Made by a program: the position numbers and the translations under genes
The notes under the pieces: generated by a model
Database searches by the model: none
The model's input: the letters and a program-made list of their open reading frames with translations, nothing else
Told to the model about the DNA's origin: nothing
NCBI GenBank assembly: GCA_015152515.1
Contig: SUTV01000006.1
Span: forward strand, 39,457 to 103,456
Length of the DNA: 64,000 nucleotides
Direction of reading: 5' to 3'
DNA from: Cyanobacteria bacterium SIG29
GTDB lineage: Bacteria > Cyanobacteriota > Vampirovibrionia > Gastranaerophilales > Gastranaerophilaceae
Part shown: positions 1 through 11,061 of the stretch, one piece after another
Numbering within the stretch: the first letter of the stretch is position 1
Layout of the letters: every line of letters starts with the position of its first letter

Positions 1-1820
<1,820 letters not shown>

Positions 1821-1843
1821 TTAAATAAGTTAATAAAATTGTT

Positions 1844-3244
1844 ATGTTTGTAATTTCATTTTATAATAAAAAAGGTATGTCTATCATAAAGTGTATACAA
1901 AAATTTAAAAAATTAAACAGAACTTTATTTACAACACCTTCACATTCTCAAGGTGAGATTGTTGCACCTTTATCTTCACAGTTAATTGGTAGAAAATTTT
2001 TTAGTTGTGATTATTCAGAGATAGAAGGTTTTGATAATTTATCAAAGCCGACAGGAGTTATTAAGCTTGCACAAGACGAAACAGCAAGAATTTATGATGC
2101 TAAATCTAGTTTCTTTTTGACGAATGGTTCAACATCTGGTATTGTGGCTTCTATGCTTGCGTTACTTCAACGCGGTGATAAAGTTTTAATTGCAAGAAAT
2201 TGTCATAAATCAGTTTATAATGGTTTAGTTTTAACAGGTGCTATTCCTGTTTGGTTAATGCCTCATTATAATTCAGATTGGGGTATTTATGAACCACTTG
2301 ATTATGATTATATTGAAGAAATAATCAAAAAAAATAAAGATGTTAAGCTCTTTATTATGACTAATCCTACTTATGAAGGTATTATGACAGATGTTTATCG
2401 AGTTTCTGCAATTTGTCGTAAATATGGAGTTAAATTGTTAGTTGATGAAGCTCATGGTGCATTATGGAATTTTCATCGTTCACTTGGTACGCCATCATTA
2501 CATCAAGGTGCTGATATTGTTGTTCAATCTTTGCATAAAACTGCTGGAGCACTTAATCCATCTGCTTTATTACATATTTCAAAAGAATCAGAAATTGAAC
2601 CTAAATTATTGCAAGATGCTTTAAATTTAATTACTACAACTTCTCCATCATACCCATTACTTACAAATATTGAGGCTACAATTACTCATTTAAGTAGTGA
2701 AAAAGGAAAACTTCAATTAATCGAGCTTATTAAAAATATAAATAGATTTATCAGGACAATGCGTGAAGTTCCTAATCTTCAAATATTTACATACAATAAT
2801 GATGTAACAAAAATCTTAGTAAAAGTTACTAATTTATCTGGATTTGAGCTTTCTGATATTTTGTTTGAAAAATATAACATTGAAGATGAGATGGCTAATG
2901 AAAAATCGGTTTTATTTTTAACTGGTATTGGCACAACTAAAGCAAAGTTGAAAAAATTAGAAAAAGCTTTAACAGAAATTTGTATGCATAATATTAAAAT
3001 TTCTTATGATAATAGTAATATAAAAGTATTTACTCCTGTTGAACCAAGAGTACGCTATATACCTGCTTTGGTTTGGAATAAACCATATAAAGAAGTAGAT
3101 ATAAAATACGCTCTTGCGAGAGTTTCTATGGAATTAATAATGGATTATCCGCCAGGAATTCCAATTTTACTTCCTGGTGAAGTTATAAAAAAAGAGCATA
3201 TAGCTTATTTGAAAGATAGACAAAAAATTAAGGTTTTATATTAA
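1844..3244 (+). CDS. PLP-dependent Orn/Lys/Arg decarboxylase family protein
   Basis: 466-aa ORF with TNPTYEG, DEAHGA and SLHKTAGAL (PLP-lysine) blocks typical of the large fold-type-I decarboxylase family. A more likely start is MSIIK at ATG 1877, preceded by AAAGG. Confidence 0.8.
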   Translation: MFVISFYNKKGMSIIKCIQKFKKLNRTLFTTPSHSQGEIVAPLSSQLIGRKFFSCDYSEIEGFDNLSKPTGVIKLAQDETARIYDAKSSFFLTNGSTSGIVASMLALLQRGDKVLIARNCHKSVYNGLVLTGAIPVWLMPHYNSDWGIYEPLDYDYIEEIIKKNKDVKLFIMTNPTYEGIMTDVYRVSAICRKYGVKLLVDEAHGALWNFHRSLGTPSLHQGADIVVQSLHKTAGALNPSALLHISKESEIEPKLLQDALNLITTTSPSYPLLTNIEATITHLSSEKGKLQLIELIKNINRFIRTMREVPNLQIFTYNNDVTKILVKVTNLSGFELSDILFEKYNIEDEMANEKSVLFLTGIGTTKAKLKKLEKALTEICMHNIKISYDNSNIKVFTPVEPRVRYIPALVWNKPYKEVDIKYALARVSMELIMDYPPGIPILLPGEVIKKEHIAYLKDRQKIKVLY

Positions 3245-3245
3245 A

Positions 3246-4226
3246 ATGAACATTTTTAAGAAGAAAAAATATTTAAACTGCCATTTTATGAAACATTCCT
3301 TACATTTTTTTCATGATTCAATTAAGGCTTGTTGTACAAATTCTTCTGGACCTGTTTTTTATCCTGATTATAGGGGTGAAAATGTTGATTGGGATAAAGT
3401 TTTTAATATTAGAAAAAAATATGTATCTAAAATAAATTCTCCTTTTAACTTTGAAGATGTTCCAGATGTTTGTAAGGGCTGTTATGAAATTGAACCGCAT
3501 TTATCTGATAAAAAAGTTGATAAATTTGAAAATATAATAGATAGAGTTTATTTCCATAACAATATGTCTTGTAATGCTAAATGCGTTTATTGTACATATT
3601 CTTGGAGAGAGCGTGGTTATAATTATAAAGTTTTAAATTTATTACATTCTTTATTAGATAATAAATTATTGTCAAAAGATGCTTCTATTTATATGAGTGG
3701 TGGCGAAATTACTATCTACCCTGAGTTTGAAGAAATGATGACTTTATTAACTGATTATTTGAATTCAAAAATTGAAATTTTGACTTCTGGTATTAAGTAT
3801 TGCACTTCTATAGAACAAGCTTTTGTTCAAAATAAATGTCAGTTAATTATTTCATTAGATTCTGGTTCAAAAGAAATTTATAAAAAAATTAAGCAGGTTG
3901 ATTGTTTTGATGTATTAATTTCTAATATTCAAAAGTATATTCAAGCTTCAGATAATGCTAAAGAAAATATAATACTAAAATATATTATTGTAGATGATAT
4001 TAATGACAATAAAGAAGAAATTTCTAAGTTTATTGATGTTGTTTGTAACTTGGGAATTAAAAATGTTCGTATTGATATTGACTATGAAAAATATAAATTT
4101 GCAAATAATGCAAAGGTTCCAAAACATTATTTTGACTTGATATCTCACTTTAATAATTTGGCGCAAAATAACAATCTTGTTGTTCACCATTTTCAACAAG
4201 TTGATGCTATTTTAAATAATAATTAA
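3246..4226 (+). CDS. radical SAM protein with Cys-rich N-terminal extension
   Basis: Canonical CX3CX2C (CNAKCVYC, residues 109-116) followed by a GGE-like SGGEITIYPE block. A 105-aa N-terminal extension carries C12, C29-C30 and C76xxC79. The ATG lies 1 nt after the decarboxylase stop. Confidence 0.75.
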   Translation: MNIFKKKKYLNCHFMKHSLHFFHDSIKACCTNSSGPVFYPDYRGENVDWDKVFNIRKKYVSKINSPFNFEDVPDVCKGCYEIEPHLSDKKVDKFENIIDRVYFHNNMSCNAKCVYCTYSWRERGYNYKVLNLLHSLLDNKLLSKDASIYMSGGEITIYPEFEEMMTLLTDYLNSKIEILTSGIKYCTSIEQAFVQNKCQLIISLDSGSKEIYKKIKQVDCFDVLISNIQKYIQASDNAKENIILKYIIVDDINDNKEEISKFIDVVCNLGIKNVRIDIDYEKYKFANNAKVPKHYFDLISHFNNLAQNNNLVVHHFQQVDAILNNN

Positions 4227-4250
4227 AATTTAAGTTGTAACATTAATTGT

Positions 4251-5102
4251 ATGTATTTAATACTTTTTATAATTTTTAGAATATTTTCAAATCCTATTGC
4301 AAACGTCATTCAAAAAAAATTGTCAGTTGCTAATTCTTCACTTGTAATTAATTTTTATTCTTATTTAATTATGAGTTTATTTTGTTTTCCATTTTGTTTT
4401 CAATTTTTTTCTAATTCATATGAATTTCAATTTTGGTTTTTTGTATTTTTAGCTGGTCTTTTATGCGCATTAGGTACAGCTTGTCAAATAAAAGCTGTTA
4501 GCATTGGTGAACTTTCTATTTTGGGTCCTATTAATTCTTATAAAAGTGTTGTAGGTTTATTAGCATCCTTATTCTTATTGAAAGAAATTCCGTCATTTTT
4601 AGGGATATTGGGTATCGTTTTAATAATCTTTGGTAGTCGATATATATTTGCATCAACACAAGAAGGTTTTTCTTTTAAATTGTTAAAAAGAAAAGATATT
4701 CAATTAAGATTGTTGGCTCTTTTGTTAACAGGTATTGAAGCAGCCATACTTAAAAAAATAATCATATTATCTTCTGTTGAAATGTGTTTTGTAATGTGGT
4801 GTTTTACAGGTTTGTTTTGGTCTTTAATATTTGTTTTAATATCTAAAAAAAGTTTTAAAGTATCAAATAACAATGTTTTTGTACAAATTTTATTTATTGC
4901 TATTCTATTATCTATTATGCAATATTCAACTAATTATGTGTTTGAGCGTATGAATGTTGGTTATGCATTAGCTCTTTTCCAATTATCATCATTGGTTACT
5001 GTTCTTTTAGGCTATAAAATATTTAATGAAAAAGATATTTTAAATAAGATATTTGGAAGTATTGTAATGATTGTAGGTTCAATACTAATAATATTGCATT
5101 AA
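4251..5102 (+). CDS. EamA/DMT-superfamily transporter
   Basis: 283 aa and almost entirely hydrophobic, with roughly 10 predicted helices in two similar halves. This is typical EamA-like size and layout. Confidence 0.7.
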   Translation: MYLILFIIFRIFSNPIANVIQKKLSVANSSLVINFYSYLIMSLFCFPFCFQFFSNSYEFQFWFFVFLAGLLCALGTACQIKAVSIGELSILGPINSYKSVVGLLASLFLLKEIPSFLGILGIVLIIFGSRYIFASTQEGFSFKLLKRKDIQLRLLALLLTGIEAAILKKIIILSSVEMCFVMWCFTGLFWSLIFVLISKKSFKVSNNNVFVQILFIAILLSIMQYSTNYVFERMNVGYALALFQLSSLVTVLLGYKIFNEKDILNKIFGSIVMIVGSILIILH

Positions 5103-5130
5103 AAAACGACCAATTTCTTGGTCGTTTTTA
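5103..5130. terminator. bidirectional rho-independent terminator
   Basis: AAAACGACCAA TTTC TTGGTCGTTTTT hairpin flanked by an A-run and a T-run, between convergent genes. Confidence 0.75.
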
Positions 5131-5154
5131 TTGGATGAGAGATATATATGTTAC

Positions 5155-6054
5155 TTATTCTTCGATTGAACCTGTGTATTTAAGATCTAAACCTAAGTCT
5201 TTATTTAAGATTTTAACAGCTTCTTTGATTGATTTACCTTCGTCTTCAACTAAAACTTCAATCGCTTCGTTAAAGTCATCTTGATTAATTTTTGTTTCTT
5301 TTTCTTTATCTTCTTCGCTGATTAATTCTTCCATTGAACCAGTATATTGCATATTATCTGTATCTAAGTTGTTTTCAGAGTTCATTTCAGCTGTTGTTAA
5401 TGATAAGCCTTTCTTTAAGTAGCTTTCTACTTGTGCGTTAAAGTCAGCTTGAGATGCTTCTTCAATACCTAATTCTTCAATTGTTTTTTCTACTACTGAG
5501 TTGTCTGCGCCCATTGTTAATGCTGCTGCTTCTACATCTGCTGCTTTAATCTTATCAACGTCAACTGCGATTTCACCTAAAATTTGGTTCATAAATACTT
5601 CTTCAATTTCTAATGCGCCGTTACCGTTTGCGTCTGCGATTACGATTTCTCCGCCATTTCCATCAGAAATTGTATATACGCCAATGTGACCGTTTATTAC
5701 ATCTGTATCATATCTTCCGTCAGCTTTGTTATCTGAAATGTATGAAGTTTTAACGTATGAAGAGCTTACTTTATAACCGTTTTTTTCTAGCATTCTCATA
5801 AAGTCGCCTCTTTGCATTACGCTAGCGCCATATTGTCTATATAATGCAGCGATTTCTGATTGTAATTCATAGTCTTGTTCACAGTCAAAACTATCGGTAA
5901 TCATAGCTTTCATATCGTCGCTAAGTGCGTTACCATAATCAGAAAAATTAGCTTCGCCATTTCCTAATCTTGTTGTTTTATTACCAGCATCGTTCATTTG
6001 TTGAACAAATGTATTGTAATCAATTTTTCTTTCTTCTCTAACTTCTAAAGCCAT
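5155..6054 (-). CDS. acidic hypothetical protein with one canonical EF-hand Ca-binding loop
   Basis: 299 aa, D/E-rich. DANGNGALEIEEV (residues 141-153, nt 5599-5634) fits the 12-residue EF-hand loop pattern. The C-terminus has a duplicated YTGS[MI]EE. Confidence 0.6.
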   Translation of the reverse strand: MALEVREERKIDYNTFVQQMNDAGNKTTRLGNGEANFSDYGNALSDDMKAMITDSFDCEQDYELQSEIAALYRQYGASVMQRGDFMRMLEKNGYKVSSSYVKTSYISDNKADGRYDTDVINGHIGVYTISDGNGGEIVIADANGNGALEIEEVFMNQILGEIAVDVDKIKAADVEAAALTMGADNSVVEKTIEELGIEEASQADFNAQVESYLKKGLSLTTAEMNSENNLDTDNMQYTGSMEELISEEDKEKETKINQDDFNEAIEVLVEDEGKSIKEAVKILNKDLGLDLKYTGSIEE

Positions 6055-6148
6055 AATAATATCTCTCCCAAAATTTCTTTATATATCCTGTATATATAAA
6101 AAATTTTTTTTATATAAAAATGATTTTTTATTAACAAAAAATATTTTT

Positions 6149-6178
6149 TTGTTACATTTCTTAAAAATATGGTATAAA
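6149..6178 (+). promoter_or_regulatory. putative sigma70-type promoter for the B12-radical SAM gene
   Basis: TTGTTA, 18-nt spacer, TATAAA, about 30 nt upstream of ATG 6209. AT-rich context, so specificity is low. Confidence 0.3.
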
Positions 6179-6208
6179 TATATATATGTAGATAATTGAG
6201 TTTCTTGT

Positions 6209-8023
6209 ATGGATAATAAAAAAATGTTATTGGTATTTCCTCCGCAGTGGACACCTGTAAGTCCTCATTTTGCTGTTCCATCTTTAATTGGACAATTGAA
6301 AAATGAAGGCTTTAATGCGTTTGCTTTGGATTTGAATATTGAGTTTTATCATTACATTTTAGATAGAAACTATATCCAAAATTCATTAGATAAAATAAAA
6401 GTTCAGTTTGAAGAAGCGCAAAAGAAGATTGTTAAAATTTATTCTCCTTCAAAAAAAGAAGCTGATTATTCTTTTGAAGAAAAGATGTTGTTTTATAAAT
6501 ATAATAAGCTTAAAAATTTTATTTCTTTAAAATATAAAGATTTTTCTGTTGTTCCTAATTTTATTAATAGTGCAATGCAAACTTTTAATACACAAGAGTT
6601 TTATAATCCTGTTTCATTAATTAAATCAATGAATGTTATCGATAAAGCTTTAGAAATTATTTCTTTGCAGTATGCTCCATTAAGTATTGGTTTTGATAGT
6701 GTTATTAATCCATTCTTTAAGTTTAATTATGAAAGTATTAAATATTTTGTCTTAGATAAAAATACTAATATTTTCTCTGAATTTTATGAGAAGCAAATAA
6801 ATTCAATTCTTGAAAAAGATTATGGTTTTATCGCTATTTCAATTAACTCATCAAGTCAAATTGTAGCTGGTCTTACTTTAGCTTATATGTTAAAGAAAAG
6901 AACTAAAGCTCATATAAATATTGGTGGTAATTTCTTTGGTAGAATTGCAGATGAATTAAAAAAACATAATGAGTTTTTTGATTTATTTGCTGATTCTGTT
7001 TCTATTGAAGAAGGTGAAGGACCTGTTGTTGAACTTGCAAAATTCTTTTATGAAAAACTTCCAATTGAGCAGGTGCCTAATTTAATGTATCAAAAAGATG
7101 GTGTTGTTTATTTAAATCCAAAAATGAAACCAATTAAATTGGATGCAATGCATAATTTAAATTTAGATGAATATGATTTAACTAAATATTTTGCGCCAGA
7201 ACTTGTTGTTCCTTACCAATCTTCAAGAGGTTGTTATTGGGGTAAATGTAGCTTTTGTGACCAAGATTTTGGACAAAATTTCAATATTAAAAATGTTGAT
7301 AAAGTTATATCTGAATTTAAAGAATTTAAAGAAAAATATAACCTTAATAAATTTGAGTTTATTGATGAATCTGTATCTCCAATTTATATGAATGAATTAT
7401 CAGATAAAATATTTGAAAATAATTTAGATGTTAATTATTTCTGTGATGCAAGATTAGAAACAGCATTTAGCTCTGAAATTTTAAATAAAGCTTATAAATC
7501 TGGCTTAAAAATGATTTTATGGGGACTAGAATCTGGTTCTGATAAAGTTATGGAATTAATTAATAAAGGTATTGATTTAAATAAGCGTTTTGAAATTTTA
7601 AAAGATTCTTGTGATGCTGGTATTTGGAATTTCGCATTTATATTTTTTGGTTTCCCAGCAGAAACAAGAGAAGATGCTTTAAAAACTATTGAAATGTTAG
7701 TTAAAAATAAAGATATAATTCATTCATACGGAAGAAGCGTTTTTACAATGGGTAGACACGCTAAATTAGCACAAGAACCTCAAAAATATGGTATTGATAA
7801 AATTTATCCGGCTGAAGAAGAATTTTCGCCTAATATCAATTTTGATAGTAGTGGTTCTAATCCTGCTCAATTAAAAGAAATTTTAGATTTATGTAGGAAT
7901 GAATGCGCTGTTGCGTATAAAAATCCTTTGTGGATGTATTTAAGATATAGAGAATGGCTATTCTTATATTTATGTCAATATACAACTAAGTGGATATCAG
8001 ATTATAATGTTAATTTAAAGTAA
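6209..8023 (+). CDS. B12-binding-domain radical SAM protein (class B-like)
   Basis: 604 aa. The N-terminal LLVFPPQWTPVSPHFAVPSLIGQLKNEGF...DLN and later IAISINSS...INIGGNFF blocks resemble the cobalamin-binding Rossmann part. The radical SAM cluster motif SSRGCYWGKCSFCDQ is followed by ILWGLESGS. Confidence 0.8.
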   Translation: MDNKKMLLVFPPQWTPVSPHFAVPSLIGQLKNEGFNAFALDLNIEFYHYILDRNYIQNSLDKIKVQFEEAQKKIVKIYSPSKKEADYSFEEKMLFYKYNKLKNFISLKYKDFSVVPNFINSAMQTFNTQEFYNPVSLIKSMNVIDKALEIISLQYAPLSIGFDSVINPFFKFNYESIKYFVLDKNTNIFSEFYEKQINSILEKDYGFIAISINSSSQIVAGLTLAYMLKKRTKAHINIGGNFFGRIADELKKHNEFFDLFADSVSIEEGEGPVVELAKFFYEKLPIEQVPNLMYQKDGVVYLNPKMKPIKLDAMHNLNLDEYDLTKYFAPELVVPYQSSRGCYWGKCSFCDQDFGQNFNIKNVDKVISEFKEFKEKYNLNKFEFIDESVSPIYMNELSDKIFENNLDVNYFCDARLETAFSSEILNKAYKSGLKMILWGLESGSDKVMELINKGIDLNKRFEILKDSCDAGIWNFAFIFFGFPAETREDALKTIEMLVKNKDIIHSYGRSVFTMGRHAKLAQEPQKYGIDKIYPAEEEFSPNINFDSSGSNPAQLKEILDLCRNECAVAYKNPLWMYLRYREWLFLYLCQYTTKWISDYNVNLK

Positions 8024-8034
8024 GAGGACTTATT

Positions 8035-8388
8035 ATGAATGTTTTTAAGAAAGTTTTTAAAAAAGTTGGTGTAAGTTTAGGTCTTGTTCCAGATAATAAG
8101 ACTGATGAAATTATGGAAGAACGTTCTGAAATAAAAAAAACAATGGCTACTAATTTAAAAGCAATTGGTTTTTCAGATAGTGAAATAGAAGAAGTTCTTG
8201 ATGTTATCACAAAGGCAGAAACTGCTATTCAAATTCAAAAAGATAATTTAATTGGTACAAATATAAATACTTATGACCCTAATCCTGCAATGAAAGAAAT
8301 TTTTGATGAAATTAGAAAAATTCAACTTCAGTCAGCTGAAGATGTAAAATCAAAAATAGCTGAAATTAAAGCAAGAAAAGGTATGTAA
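8035..8388 (+). CDS. hypothetical small protein
   Basis: 117-aa ORF, 11 nt after the B12-rSAM stop, with AAGAGGA SD and followed by a strong terminator. No recognisable motif. Confidence 0.5.
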   Translation: MNVFKKVFKKVGVSLGLVPDNKTDEIMEERSEIKKTMATNLKAIGFSDSEIEEVLDVITKAETAIQIQKDNLIGTNINTYDPNPAMKEIFDEIRKIQLQSAEDVKSKIAEIKARKGM

Positions 8389-8404
8389 TAATTTTTGTTA
8401 TATT

Positions 8405-8434
8405 AAAAAACCGACCCTTTTGGGGTCGGTTTCC
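8405..8434. terminator. bidirectional rho-independent terminator
   Basis: AAAAAACCGACCC TTTTG GGGTCGGTTT hairpin between convergent genes. Confidence 0.8.
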
Positions 8435-8456
8435 TTATTGCCTTTTATCCTTTTAA

Positions 8457-10892
8457 TTATAGAACGAAATCTGGTTCTGCTGGTAGAGTATCTCTAACTT
8501 TTTGAATAAAGTCTTTAGCTCTATCATCAGCTTTTGTCCAGTTGATATTTACTAATCCTCTTTGTACCCAAACTACTTCTTTGAAGAAGTTGTATTGAGA
8601 GTTCATAGCTTCAACTTTAGCTTTTGTATAAAGCTCTTGAGCATCAATAAGTTGAGCAATAGGTGCTTTGCCTATTAGATAGTTATTTTTTACTAACTTG
8701 TAGTTTTCAGCTTCAGCAAACATTGCCTTGTATGATTTTTCAATCATAAAGTATTTAGAGATTGCTCTATTAATAACTTCACGAACATTCATTTCGATTT
8801 CTGTATTAACTTGAGTTAAATATGCATTTAATTCATTTAATTCAGCTTTACATCTTGCAATTTCAGCAATTTTTTGACCACCTTCGATAGGTTTCCATTG
8901 AGCTGCAATTAAGAATCTAGTAGAGTTTCTATCTAGATAGTTTGTTGGAATACCCCAACCGTTTGCTTGTGCAGCTTGTTGTAATGAACCCTTACCTGCT
9001 CTTTCATATGGTAAATATCTATCAAATTGGCTACCATATTCTAATGACATTTTCGCATTAGGTAATATGAATTTTTGAGCATAGCCAGCAAGTTCTGCTT
9101 TTTTCATTGCAATAGCAGCTTTTAATTTTACAGTTTCAGGAGATAAATAAATTGCCTCTTGAACCAACATATCTGTAAATTGATCTAATTTTTCAGGTGT
9201 TCTTACGTGGTCGATAATATGAATATCAGATGTAAAGAACGCTGGGTCTGTAGCTGTTAATGGTTTGAATGTGTAATCTTCTTTTTGGTCTTTAAATAAG
9301 ATTTTATTGATAGTGATTCTTATGTTGTTGTAATCAGCTTTCATTGCTAATAATTTCTTTTCAGCTTCACTAACTTGTCCAGCCCATCTCATTGCTTCTT
9401 CTTGACCACATTTTCCAGCTTTTGCTCTTACTCTTGCAATAGCTAGGTTTTCACGTGTTTCTTTTACATATTCTTCTTGAACTTTAATCATGTTTTCAAA
9501 CATTAAAGTCTCCATGTATAAGAAGCTTAATTGTAAACCTAAGCTTTGTTCTGTAAGAACTTTTTCAGCTTTGTTAAATGTCAATTTTTTGTGTTTAACA
9601 ATGATATTTGTTACTAAATCTGGAGCATAAATCATTTGGTCGATACCAAAAGTGAATGAACCAGCGTGAACAGGAACATCTGTATATGATTTTGCATAAT
9701 CATCATTGTATGTTTGATATCCTAAATCTAGTCTTAAAGTTGGAAGATATTTTAGGTATGCAGCTGTTGTTGAACGTCTTGCTGCGCTAACTAAATATCT
9801 TTTTCTTTGGATATCTAAGTTTTTATCTTCCATTGTATTGAATACATATGTTAAATCATATTGAGGTACTGCTTTATTTGAAATAATTTGGCAGTTGTTC
9901 AATAGTCTTAATGGTGCATTATAACCAAGATCTGCACCTGTATCTTTGTTATAGAAAATAACTTCATCATCAAAGAAAGCTAATTTTTCATTTTTTACTA
10001 CATTACCATGTAATACACCATGAATGCTAAATGATGTAGCTTCAGCTAATTTTCTATCAACGTCTGGTGTTGATGTACCCAATAATGCACCTAGTTTAAC
10101 GTCTTCATCACCTACAGCAGAGAAAGAATATAATTTTTTGTCGTTAACATAATCAAATAATTCTTTTCTTTGTTCCACTGATAAGTTAAACATTGGTGTT
10201 ACGAATACTGAATTTGCATCTGAAGGAATTTTATCTAAAGAAGCTTTTAGATTTTTTTCACTTACAGGCAATACAACGAAATCAACTTCTAAATTTTTTT
10301 CTTTGAATTTTTTAGAAATAATTTCATGCCAGTTCTTTTGTGTATTGTAGAAACTTTCGTTCAATAAAACAGCTGTTTTTCCTTGGTTTGGAACTAGTTT
10401 TTTGAACAAAATAAAGTCATTAACATATTGTTTCAATGGGTTAAAGAAGGCATCTGAGCCTAATTCTCTTAAACCATACTCATCAATAGTTACTACAAAT
10501 TTTGTTTTGTTTTTCTTTTGGGATAAGTACAAACTAGACATATAACCCATAGAGATAACCATTTTGGCCTTCGAATTTAGTGCTTTTTCTGAAACTTTTT
10601 CAGCACTATCTTCCGTCCAATTTCCCACATAGATATATTCCTTTGGGAATACAGCTTTGTAGTCAGGCAATAAGGATTTTGTAATTGTGTTTTGGAAAAC
10701 CTTCAAAACTTCTTGGTTTTTGTCAGAAGGTCCATCAAAAACAAACGCAAGTTCAATTGGTCTAGCATTTGGAGACGCTTGAAGTTGCTTTTGAGCTCCT
10801 TTTGCTTCTGTTATAGCAAGCGTTGGGACACTGCTATAAAAAAGCATTAAGAGAATGCTTAATACTAAGCATGTAAGTCTTTTGATTTCCAT
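8457..10892 (-). CDS. TolC-like outer-membrane efflux protein fused to an N-terminal periplasmic-binding-protein-like domain
   Basis: 811 aa with a signal peptide (LTCLVLSILLMLFYSSVPTLA). The C-terminal ~470 aa show two long coiled repeats ending in TolC/OEP-type segments (LIDAQELYTKAKVEAMNSQYNFFKEVVWVQRGL). The N-terminal ~330 aa have an alternating beta/alpha pattern resembling ABC substrate-binding folds. Confidence 0.65.
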   Translation of the reverse strand: MEIKRLTCLVLSILLMLFYSSVPTLAITEAKGAQKQLQASPNARPIELAFVFDGPSDKNQEVLKVFQNTITKSLLPDYKAVFPKEYIYVGNWTEDSAEKVSEKALNSKAKMVISMGYMSSLYLSQKKNKTKFVVTIDEYGLRELGSDAFFNPLKQYVNDFILFKKLVPNQGKTAVLLNESFYNTQKNWHEIISKKFKEKNLEVDFVVLPVSEKNLKASLDKIPSDANSVFVTPMFNLSVEQRKELFDYVNDKKLYSFSAVGDEDVKLGALLGTSTPDVDRKLAEATSFSIHGVLHGNVVKNEKLAFFDDEVIFYNKDTGADLGYNAPLRLLNNCQIISNKAVPQYDLTYVFNTMEDKNLDIQRKRYLVSAARRSTTAAYLKYLPTLRLDLGYQTYNDDYAKSYTDVPVHAGSFTFGIDQMIYAPDLVTNIIVKHKKLTFNKAEKVLTEQSLGLQLSFLYMETLMFENMIKVQEEYVKETRENLAIARVRAKAGKCGQEEAMRWAGQVSEAEKKLLAMKADYNNIRITINKILFKDQKEDYTFKPLTATDPAFFTSDIHIIDHVRTPEKLDQFTDMLVQEAIYLSPETVKLKAAIAMKKAELAGYAQKFILPNAKMSLEYGSQFDRYLPYERAGKGSLQQAAQANGWGIPTNYLDRNSTRFLIAAQWKPIEGGQKIAEIARCKAELNELNAYLTQVNTEIEMNVREVINRAISKYFMIEKSYKAMFAEAENYKLVKNNYLIGKAPIAQLIDAQELYTKAKVEAMNSQYNFFKEVVWVQRGLVNINWTKADDRAKDFIQKVRDTLPAEPDFVL

Positions 10893-11009
10893 AATCTCAC
10901 TCTCTTTTCTTCTACCGTTTTAAATTTTATCAAAAAAATAATTAAAGTATAGGTTTTAACAATTTTTTGTAAATATAAGTAAACAAATGTATTACAATAT
11001 GCTATATTT

Positions 11010-11039
11010 TTGACTTTTTATTATGTAATTAATAGAATA
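11010..11039 (+). promoter_or_regulatory. putative sigma70-type promoter
   Basis: TTGACT, 18-nt spacer, TAGAAT, about 25-35 nt upstream of the acyl-CoA synthetase start codons. Confidence 0.4.
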
Positions 11040-11061
11040 TATATGAGTTTTACTATTAGTT

